Source: Candidatus Bathyarchaeia archaeon (GTDB taxonomy: Bacteria > Patescibacteriota > Microgenomatia > PFEM01 > JAFGMK01). Taken from it: a DNA stretch of 64,000 nucleotides. The position numbers and the translations under genes are program-made. The notes under the pieces were generated by a model. It worked only from the letters and a program-made list of their open reading frames with translations, searched no databases and was not told the origin of the DNA. Shown here in pieces: positions 18,470 to 26,934 of this stretch (positions within the stretch are counted from its first letter, which is position 1; every line of letters starts with the position of its first letter). The stretch spans positions 601 to 64,600 of the forward strand of contig DATKWK010000023.1 in assembly GCA_035529595.1 (NCBI GenBank), read 5' to 3'.

Positions 18470-20728
18470 CTACGGCCGTGGTTGTGGGAGGGGTCCAGTG
18501 CGTGCGACGGTGGGTAGATACAGCCACGCCGTAGGCGTGAAGGGAGGTGTGTTGCGCACGACCAGGTCGGCTGTGACCTCCTTGACTATCTGGCCGTTGT
18601 CCCCCTGGAGATGGAAAGTGACCGTTCCCTCTGGGGCTTCTGAGGCGATGCGGACGCCCTCAAGCGGCATAAGGAGACCACAGGTATTGTTGACGTGGGT
18701 CCACCTCGTGGGTCCCTGAACGAAATCCAGAAGATTTGCCGGTTCGGTCTCGGTCCACAGAGAGACTGTTATAGGCGGAGACGGGCAAAACCGCTCCGAG
18801 CCTGCATTTCTCTGGATCCAGTCACCGCCGGGAACGGTAGAACTGGCGTAGAGGTAGAGCTCCAATCGGAACTGGAACTGGTCGGGGTAGAACTGTAGCC
18901 ACTCCATGTCCGTATCCTGGGAACAGGTGTTGTACACATCGGCGTGCCATGCGTACCTGTTCCACTCCGTAGTGATGGGGTACTCGAATGAGTATACTGT
19001 CCAACCGGGTTGTCCTTCGATACAGAAAGCCATTTCGCAGGCGCCCGGCTTGCAGCGCGAAGAACTGTTACAGATCCGAACGGACTGGAGCAGGTCGGGT
19101 GGCCAATTTCCGTTGACTTTCAGGATTGGCCGCTCTCCGAACGGGACCTTCCAGATGCCTCCTTCGAGAAACGCGCGGGAGAGGAAGTCGAGCCTATTCT
19201 CGAGCTGGAGGCCGCTGATGCAGGCCTCGTCGAAGAAGACCCATTCGTAGTCGGCATCCGACCAGGTCTCTCCAGAATCGGTAACCCCCGACACTGACAC
19301 GCGATTGACTTGGTGGCTGTGAGCTGTCCCATTGAGTTGTACCTGGAACTGACACTCGTAGGTATTGCCTGCCTCGACAATTTGGGGAACGGAACAGGTG
19401 CTATCGTCGATCTTGGTAACGTCCCCAAATGCCGAGTCTACGATGGACTGTAGGTGTAGATTCTGGTCTCCGGTTGCCCCTACTACGATCGTAAAGGAGA
19501 CCAAGCCGCCGGGCTGGGCCAGATGGTCTGGGTTGGCAGTCTTGTAGACCTGGACCAGCTCCGGGAGGTCACGGACATCCATTGTAACAACGGCCGTGTC
19601 TTCACCATATCCATTGGTGATGGTATAGGTGAAGGTGTCTATGCCGACCCAGTGTGGTGCCGTTTCTCCTCCGGGAGGAGAGTAGACGAGGTGACCCTCG
19701 TCGTGAATATAGACCTCACCATGTTCTGGTTGCCCGGCCGAGACGAGAGTGAGATTGCTTCCGAACCCCGGGAGGTCGTTTTCCCAAGGCCAGAGCAACA
19801 TTGTCCCGTTGTTTCTGACGATATACAGGTCGTCGATCGCAATGGGCCGGATCAGGTCGGCTGCAACTGTAGGTGGCGTATCGTAGTAGCGGTTGCCGTA
19901 GATATCACGCAGGTCGTTGCATTCCTGGTTAGTGTCAACGTACCAAAGGTCAGCACCCGCAGCCGTCATGGTGGCGACTAGCGAACTGACTGACCTAGTC
20001 GAGCAGCCGTCTCCCAATGCTCCGATCGAACACCTGTATCCTGGATTTGACACGCAGATTCCCCAGGCATGGAGGAGCCACTGGTCGAGATAGGTCCATC
20101 CGCTTGTTGATGCGCCTTGGGCATTGGTGATGGCTATACTGGCGCTCAGTGGTGTTGTAACGGTGACGATCTCTCTGAACGTTGGGTCACCGTTGTAGAA
20201 CCAGGCACCTGCCCGGTCCTCTGTGTGCAGATGAGCTGCGGTCTCCGAGCCGAGCCGGAGCAGACGGTTAAGATTCTCCCGCTCGACAGAACCTGACCCA
20301 TCGAACCCGAACAGGACCAACGTCGGGGTCGATTGCTGCATAGCCGCGAGAACTGTCAGCGCTGGCCGCGAGGGGACCTCGATCACGAACTCGTAGACCT
20401 CGTAGGGCAGCCCCGCTAGCGTCTGTTCGACACGCGTCTCGCAGTTGCCGGCAACCTCCGGATTGAGCGCCTTTACTGCGGCACAGATTTGTTCAACCTT
20501 CTGTGCCAGGCTTGTGCCGGAGGCTAAGTTGATCGTACGTGTGACCGTTTCCCCGGGGGTGGGGACGGTCACTTCGGTCTCGAACCCAAGGGTGGGCTCG
20601 GGATCCTGGCTACGGGGGGCAGCCAGGGCGGATAACGGGTGGATCCCAAGGATCCACACCAGGCCTAACGTAAGAGCGAGGCCTAGGGAAATGACGATTA
20701 CCAGGCGCAGAAGCGCCTTGGTGTTCAT
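18470..20728 (-). CDS. secreted vWA-domain giant protein (MIDAS motif FGFDGSGS) with a large beta-rich C-terminal region
   Basis: I assign the start at ATG 20728, which lies 8 nt after a perfect AGGAGG; the track ORF extends to 20884. There is a signal/TM segment at the N-terminus. The gene is GC-rich, about 55-58% in hand-counted samples. Confidence 0.6.
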   Translation of the reverse strand: MNTKALLRLVIVISLGLALTLGLVWILGIHPLSALAAPRSQDPEPTLGFETEVTVPTPGETVTRTINLASGTSLAQKVEQICAAVKALNPEVAGNCETRVEQTLAGLPYEVYEFVIEVPSRPALTVLAAMQQSTPTLVLFGFDGSGSVERENLNRLLRLGSETAAHLHTEDRAGAWFYNGDPTFREIVTVTTPLSASIAITNAQGASTSGWTYLDQWLLHAWGICVSNPGYRCSIGALGDGCSTRSVSSLVATMTAAGADLWYVDTNQECNDLRDIYGNRYYDTPPTVAADLIRPIAIDDLYIVRNNGTMLLWPWENDLPGFGSNLTLVSAGQPEHGEVYIHDEGHLVYSPPGGETAPHWVGIDTFTYTITNGYGEDTAVVTMDVRDLPELVQVYKTANPDHLAQPGGLVSFTIVVGATGDQNLHLQSIVDSAFGDVTKIDDSTCSVPQIVEAGNTYECQFQVQLNGTAHSHQVNRVSVSGVTDSGETWSDADYEWVFFDEACISGLQLENRLDFLSRAFLEGGIWKVPFGERPILKVNGNWPPDLLQSVRICNSSSRCKPGACEMAFCIEGQPGWTVYSFEYPITTEWNRYAWHADVYNTCSQDTDMEWLQFYPDQFQFRLELYLYASSTVPGGDWIQRNAGSERFCPSPPITVSLWTETEPANLLDFVQGPTRWTHVNNTCGLLMPLEGVRIASEAPEGTVTFHLQGDNGQIVKEVTADLVVRNTPPFTPTAWLYLPTVARTGPLPQPRP

Positions 20729-20730
20729 AT

Positions 20731-21175
20731 GTTCCTCCTTAGTATCTGGTTCCGGTAGCCTCCGATGTTTTGGAGTCCCACCTACCGGAAAAAAGTTGAT
20801 CTTGTGAAACCAGCAGTCCGATGAAAAGCAAAATCGTATTTTGCCATCCCACGCTCCAAGGAGTCCACGCCTTCGGCGGGACACCTTGCAGGAGGGATTA
20901 GCGCTTTTTGCTCTTTACCGGACTGCCGGTTGGGATCAGACTTTTTTCATTTCACCTCGGAGGAGCAAGATCGTTGTCTTGCACCATCCGAGGAGAAAAT
21001 CACTCGGAGGAATTCGCCTCACAACCCTTATGTCCTAATCCCTAAACCCTATATTTTGTAGCCTTTCAAGAAACCAGCTGTTTTGCTGTTTTTTCGACTG
21101 GCTCTTCGCATTACGAAGAACAGTCAAGCAAAACAACAAAGGTAACTTGAAATTGTTATTTCAAGTTGTCAAGGT
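20731..21175 (-). promoter_or_regulatory. promoter/operator plus ~450-nt conserved 5' leader of the vWA gene (copy A)
   Basis: Blocks 20731..20820 and 20913..21175 are near-identical to 24808..24898 and 25108..25330. The promoter region has TTGACA next to the 22-bp perfect palindrome ACTTGAAATAACAATTTCAAGT. Confidence 0.5.
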
Positions 21176-21373
21176 GCAATAGCAGCAATATTTACTGCTT
21201 TTTTGCGAGCCAAGTATTTTAGGCCGGCCGCTTTATGGCCGGTTTTGAATGGTCTTGACCGCAAAGAGGTAGGGGAGAGAGATTTTTCAATTAATTGTTT
21301 TTATCTCTATTTCTTTCCCATCTCTTTAGGGTCAAGGTTTGTTGATTGACTTTTAATTTTTAAAAGATCTGAA

Positions 21374-21658
21374 ATGATTTCAGTGTTAACCAAAACCGAT
21401 TTAAACCAGATTGAAAAATTGATTGACCGGAAACTAGAGGAGAAGTTGAAGAAATTTCTTACTAAAAAAGAATTTGAGGAAAAGATGAATCAGCTCCTCA
21501 CTAAGGATGAGTTTTACGATGCCTTCGATAAGTTGATGAAGGAGCTTCGTAACCACTGTGACGAGAGAGCGGCGGTGATGTTTCGCTTCACCGATCATGA
21601 AGATAGGATCACCACCCTCGGGAAGATCCACGCTTCCGATCTGCCTTCTTCCGGTTGA
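21374..21658 (+). CDS. small K/E-rich hypothetical protein
   Basis: 94-aa low-GC ORF between the two GC-rich cassettes. Confidence 0.35.
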   Translation: MISVLTKTDLNQIEKLIDRKLEEKLKKFLTKKEFEEKMNQLLTKDEFYDAFDKLMKELRNHCDERAAVMFRFTDHEDRITTLGKIHASDLPSSG

Positions 21659-21888
21659 CTAGGTTTTTAAAGTGCGAGCAAAATAACCCCTAGCTTTTTA
21701 CTAAAAAACTCTTTTTTACCAAAAACGGCCTCTTTTGGAGACCAATTTCTTGATCTCTAAAAGCAAGCCGATTATAGCATAAAATTAATGAATAAGCAAT
21801 ATTATAGGATAAGGCAGGTTTTTTCGAAGGTAAGGAATATTGTAAACTGGTTTTACTTTACTGATTGGCTTGAAAAAAGCCGTTAAAT

Positions 21889-21937
21889 CCAAAAAAAAAG
21901 CCGGACATGTCTCCTGTGGGGGGAGGGGTGTCCGGCT
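21889..21937 (-). terminator. Rho-independent terminator, a duplicate of 18399..18447
   Basis: Same hairpin and T-run; it follows the 21963 stop. Confidence 0.7.
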
Positions 21938-21962
21938 CGGACTGCGGTTTCAGGAAAGGCTA

Positions 21963-24802
21963 CTAGCGTGTCACTTGGACGGTGGCGGTCGCGGTATAGA
22001 CCCGACCGCTACTGTTGGACGTCACCGTCCAGATCGCTGTAAACGGCCCGACGTGGTCCGGCGAGCCGGTCCAGGCGTCCCAGTAATTGGTCGAACCGTA
22101 CCAGGCTCCCATCGGGAGCTGACCGGCCGGCCAGCACTGCCAGCCGTCGGACAAGGGGGGAGTCACACAGAGTTGCATGGCCACGACCAGGTCGTGACCG
22201 GAGATGTTGGAAACTCCCCACTGCCAACGGGCCTTAGAGCCTGGTGGAGTGACTACGTTTGGGTTGGGGCTGTTGGTACCCTTGACCCAAACCCTGAGTT
22301 CGGCCGGGGGCGGGCCGGGCGGAGGCCCGAAGATAATGGGTAGCCAGATTCGCGCAACACAGCCTGTGCAAGGTTGGACTGGTAGTCGCGATGGCCATTC
22401 GTAGGCGCCGAGGTCGATGCCACTGCCGTACGGCCTGCTTGCTCCGTAAGCGTCGTGATCGACGATTATGGGTGCCTTTGGATGGTCGCGGCAACGACTG
22501 TCCTTGCCGAGGCTGTAGTCGCCGTTGGCGGGATCGACGAAGAACGGATCTCCGTCGTATAGATCGCCCGAGTCCCAGGTCATTGGCCAGATGGGTCCCT
22601 CCCAACCAACACCTGGCCCAGGTTCAGGCCGCCAGCTGATGTAGTATAGTTCAGTGTAGCTGTGCCCGTCAGCTCGTGCTGCCAGTGTGTTGTTGTCGAG
22701 AATGGTGTTGTACACTTTGACGGTGGGCGCTCCACTGGAGTATTCGATCGCTTTGAAGCCGATCGGGTTATCCACCAAGGTGAGGTGAGCAACCGTTAGT
22801 ACCGATCCGCTATGAACCAGGCGCAGTTGTAGTCCGGCGTCGTTTGCCTTAGCAACGACATCGTTCACGATCTCGAGGTTGCCTGGGATCACAGCATAGA
22901 TGCTGGAGCCCCAGCTCGAATCTGCAAAGTCGCCGATCGAGACGATACCGTCGAGGCTTCCGTTCTGCCGGATACTTCCAACACAGGCTCCGAAGCTATC
23001 GGCATAGTTGTCCTGGCAGCGGATGCGGAAGACGCGGATGTTGCCTGGTCCAACCATGAGGCCTCCGCCTGAGGCGCCGCTTGACCGGTTGTTCTCGAAA
23101 GCACAGTCTTGGACTATGCCTTCGGTGATGTCTAGCCCGCCGCCGGTGAAGCTGGCGATGTTGCCAACGAAGTGGACGTTACGGATCTCGGCTCGGATGC
23201 CGCTAGCGACGTAGATTCCACCACCGGATTCCAAGTTGCCCATTGCCGAGGCATCACCGTTCATGATAGTGAGACCATCGATGGTGATGTCGGGTGTTTG
23301 CATAGCGGCCGCGTAGGCGAGGGAGTCGAACGGCGTGCCGTCGGCGTTGAGCACTTCGTGGGAAATGACTCCCCAGTGCTCGCCATCGCCAGCGAGAGTG
23401 CCGACTTCGGTCTCGGTAGCTGCACCGCAGGAGAGGCTGCTTCAGGAGCAACGTAGATCACTCGGCCGCGGCCTTGGGCATCAAGTGTTGTAGTGTAGGT
23501 GCCCGGTTTCCGGACCGAGAAGTCAGCCGAGTAGCCGCCCAGCAGACTCAAGTGCTGATCTACGAAGACCACTTGCGAGATGGTTTGCGTAGTAGCTTGG
23601 AGCTGCACTGCAGCTAGAAGGGTCTCGACCTCGTGTTGGCGCTTGGTATCGACCAACAGCCGCCAGTCGTCGCCAAGGGCAGCGAGTATGGACGCGTCGG
23701 TTGCGGCTGACTCAGTTCGCGACTGGACGTCGGTGTAGACGCCGCCGGCGATTCGGATCTCAGCGTCCGACTCGGCTCGGTTAACTGCCTGCTGTACTGT
23801 CCGACACGGATTCGTTGCGTCACTGCAGTCGTTGCTATCGTCGCTACCAGCAGTGCTCACGTAGCAGATTTGACAGGTTGGCAGTGGGATTGTCTCAACC
23901 GTCGTAGTCACCACGACCTCATCCCACGATCCCTTTGACCCATCGGTGCGGACTGTAGCTGTGATTGTGCCGATGAAGCTAGGGTTCACCGTGACGACCA
24001 CCGTGGTTTGCCACGTCATGGTCGGCGGCAGATCCGTAACCGTCCATGTGTGGCTGCCACTCGGGCTGACTTGCGACGGCAAGGTCAGAGTGAGGTGGAA
24101 GGTGTCGGTGATCCCGCCGACGTTGGCCAGTTGAACTGTGTAGGTCAGACTTCCGCCGGACGTGACCGGATCGGGTTGGGCCAGGAGGTCAACGTCGACA
24201 TTCGGTTGGTGATTCCGAAGGTCGTCGATAACCTTACCCTCGTCGGGTGGTGGTTGATAGTAATACTCATCCACGCACCCGAGGAGGTCGGTTCCCCCCT
24301 CCTGGTCTTGGATGTAGGCCGCCATAGTATAGCCCTGTGCCCGAAGCTCGTTCAATCGGACGCAGGCTTGGGCCGCGTCGGTACACCAGCCATCGCCGAC
24401 GAAGATGAATCCTCGAGTGCCAGCCCAGGGCAGCCCATCGAACATGGCAACACCGGCCTCAATTGCCGGCAGGCAGTAGGTGTCACCAGTGGGCGTGACT
24501 GTACCGGCTACGCGCAGGAACGCGTCTGAAGCGGTCTGGGGATCGGTCAGCAGCGTGACCGTGTAAAAACGATCCCCGTAGTAACCGCCCCCGGCGACTT
24601 CGGCCTCGTCGGCGTTCAATTCCAAGGCCAACCGGCTGGCGAACCCCAGCCCCTCTTGAGTGTCAGTGAAGGTCCGGCTCCCGGAGGAGTCAACCGCCAC
24701 AAACACACCCATCTTGGGTGAGGCGGCCAGCACGGCCATAACGCCCAGAGCCATCAGGAGCCCCAGGGTGAGAGCGAGAACTAAACGCATCTTTACATTC
24801 AT
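21963..24802 (-). pseudogene. second secreted vWA-domain (FVAVDSSGS) plus parallel beta-helix giant protein, split by a frameshift near 23440 into ORFs 23261..24802 and 21963..23354
   Basis: The upstream ORF ends in a low-complexity out-of-frame tail. The downstream frame is open from a TGA at ~23447 and reads like a beta-helix (GGGIYVASG...NVHFVGN). Same RBS and leader as copy A. Confidence 0.5.
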
Positions 24803-24807
24803 TCTGT

Positions 24808-25330
24808 GTTCCTCCTAAGTATCTGGTTCCGATAGCCTCCGATGTTTTGGAGTCCCACCTACCGGAAAAAAAGTTGATCTTGTGAAACCAGCAGCCCGGG
24901 AAAAAACAGAAGCAAAATTAAATTATGTGATTAAGTCATTCCGAGGGTCGACTATTCGACCCGAGGAATCTAGCGAAGCGTGAATTATTATTCTTATTAT
25001 CGATTTTTACGCTAATGCTGGATTCTTCTCCCACAAAATGCGGGATCAGAATGACCGGTTCTTGTTGCTAATCACTAAAAACTGATCACTGATGGACTGC
25101 TTCTATTCTTTACCGGACTGCCGGTTGGGATCAGACTTTTTTCATTTCACCTCGGAGGAATTCGCCTCACAAACCCTAGACTCTAGTGTCTAATCCCTAA
25201 ACCCTATATTTTGTAGCCTTTCAAGAAACCAGCTGTTTTGCTGTTTTTTCGACTGGCTCTTCGCCTAACGAAGAACAGTCAAGCAAAACAACAAAGGTAA
25301 CTTGAAATTGTTATTTCAAGTTGTCAAAGA
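24808..25330 (-). promoter_or_regulatory. promoter/operator plus leader of the vWA gene, copy B (interrupted by MITE copy B)
   Basis: Sequence identity to copy A. It lacks a 46-nt internal duplication present in copy A. Confidence 0.5.
24935..25055. mobile_element. MITE-like palindromic element, copy B (GTCATTCCGAGGGTCGA...CAGAATGAC)
   Basis: Terminal inverted repeats. It shares the internal TCTAGCGAAGCG motif with copy A and is inserted in the leader. Confidence 0.5.
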
Positions 25331-25656
25331 GCATTGTTGAGAGCAATGGTTAAGAGCAAAGTTCTCTAGCCTTGCGCCCAACCAGCCGATCTCAAGTTGA
25401 TAAAAAGATACTTGCATAACGCTTTCTGAGATAGTCGAATAAATAGACGACCGAGTCGTCCTGAAAGCGATTTTTCAGCATCCACCAATTCATAGTCCTA
25501 TAGTATTCTTAATCTCCTTTGGAAGCTTGATTGGAAAGTCGAAAAAACTAGCAAAAGAGGCCTATTTTTGACAAAAAGATTGACATTTGTTAAACATTAT
25601 GGGATAATCTTACATATAAAAATAAGAGCGGATTTATTTTAAGTTTATATAGGTTA

Positions 25657-26934
25657 ATGGGGGAAATACCAAAATATTTCTATCAATATTATAAGCCTGA
25701 ATTAATCAGGGTTAGTCGCCTGGTTAAAAATGGCCAGGCGGTCATTTTTGTGGGCATTAACGGCATCGGGAAAAACCTCCTGGCCGGTCAAATTTTATCC
25801 AACCGCTTTAGAAAAGAATTTTTAGGCCAGATTAAAACTCATCTGGTTTTTTTGGATTTCAAAGATAAAGCCGCGCCATCCCGGGAACAATTGTTGCAGT
25901 ATTGGCTGTCGCAAACCGCTCAGGCTTTAAAAATAAAGGCGGAAAAACTTAAGCCCCTCAATGAATTCACTTTTTATTCCCAGATGGAGAGGTTGATAAG
26001 GACGGTGGCAGCGGAAGAAAAAATTTGTTTCTTGGTTCTAGACGCGCAACAAATCTTATCTCAAAGTGAACAGTTTTTTGATTGTTTGATTAACCTCAAA
26101 TATTACTCTTACGGTAAAATCTCTTACGTCTTCTTGGCCGAACCCCGGATTTTGGCTCATCCGAATGCCGGATTGCAGCGGTTCATCCAGCGGCTGACGA
26201 ACAATAAATTTTCGTTTTTGAGAACCTTTGATCAAAAAACTTCTCTGGCCGATATTCGACGCGAGGAGAAATTATTTCAAACCAGCTTTGGGGGTCAGGA
26301 GAGAATGATTTTGGAACACTCTCACGGTTTGCACGGCCTGATCAGGGCCTTTAGCGTCTTTTTAAGAAAAAATCCTCAAGTAAAAGATATCAGGCAGCTT
26401 AAAAAAATTCTCTTTGCCAGCCAACTGTATTGCTTTTGGATAAGGGAAATTTTGGAGAGTTTGCCGGCTGAATCATTGCGGATTTTAAAAGCGGTTAGCC
26501 AGAACCGCTCGGAAATCAAACGCTTTAAAAAAAGCCTTTATCTTCAGTGGCTGTTTGATTTAGGGCTTTTAAAAAAGGACGGCCAGCTTAAGCAGCCTTT
26601 GTTTTTACCGGTGTTGGAAAAAATGACGGTGAGTACAAAAAGCCATCAACCGTTAATTAAGTTGGCAGTCGATCAATTTAGCTTTTCCGGAGAAAAAGTA
26701 AAGTTAACTCAAAAAGAGTTTTTAGTCTTACGGACTCTTTATAAGAACAGAGGCAAAGTGGTCAGTTTTGAAAGAATCGGCAATGTCTTGTGGTCAAACA
26801 AACCGGATAATTTTTCCCTGTGGGCGATTAGCCAAGTCATCCGCCGTTTGCGGAAAAAACTCAATTATTATTTTATTAATCCCAAGACCATCTCTTCTTT
26901 AAGAGGAGAGGGTTATTCTTTGGAGGTGAAATGA
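25657..26934 (+). CDS. P-loop ATPase (Walker A GINGIGKN) fused to a C-terminal OmpR/PhoB-type winged-helix DNA-binding domain
   Basis: The C-terminus LTQKEFLVLRTLYKNRGKVVSFERI...VIRRLRKKL...SLRGEGYSL matches trans_reg_C. The N-terminus has Walker A and hhhhD Walker B. Confidence 0.6.
   Translation: MGEIPKYFYQYYKPELIRVSRLVKNGQAVIFVGINGIGKNLLAGQILSNRFRKEFLGQIKTHLVFLDFKDKAAPSREQLLQYWLSQTAQALKIKAEKLKPLNEFTFYSQMERLIRTVAAEEKICFLVLDAQQILSQSEQFFDCLINLKYYSYGKISYVFLAEPRILAHPNAGLQRFIQRLTNNKFSFLRTFDQKTSLADIRREEKLFQTSFGGQERMILEHSHGLHGLIRAFSVFLRKNPQVKDIRQLKKILFASQLYCFWIREILESLPAESLRILKAVSQNRSEIKRFKKSLYLQWLFDLGLLKKDGQLKQPLFLPVLEKMTVSTKSHQPLIKLAVDQFSFSGEKVKLTQKEFLVLRTLYKNRGKVVSFERIGNVLWSNKPDNFSLWAISQVIRRLRKKLNYYFINPKTISSLRGEGYSLEVK

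Noticed and set aside
17368-18517. Short ORFs 17368..17565, 18028..18216 and 18260..18517
   Set aside because: They read through the REP hairpin, the MITE copy and the terminator repeat. They are structural-repeat artefacts.
21181-21250. Plus-strand hairpin-T-run structures (AGCAGCAATATTTACTGCTTTTTT; CCGGCCGCTTTATGGCCGGTTTT) upstream of the island promoter
   Set aside because: They look like terminators, but no plus-strand gene ends there. They may be relics or bidirectional insulators, with too little context to call.
18498-24529. Numerous 60-170-aa ORFs on both strands inside the GC-rich island (for example 19523..19981, 22234..22605, 24008..24529, 21870..22343)
   Set aside because: They are antisense or overlapping artefacts of high GC. 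They have low complexity or are Arg/Pro-rich, and none has an RBS or recognisable domain. The long minus-strand vWA ORFs explain the region.
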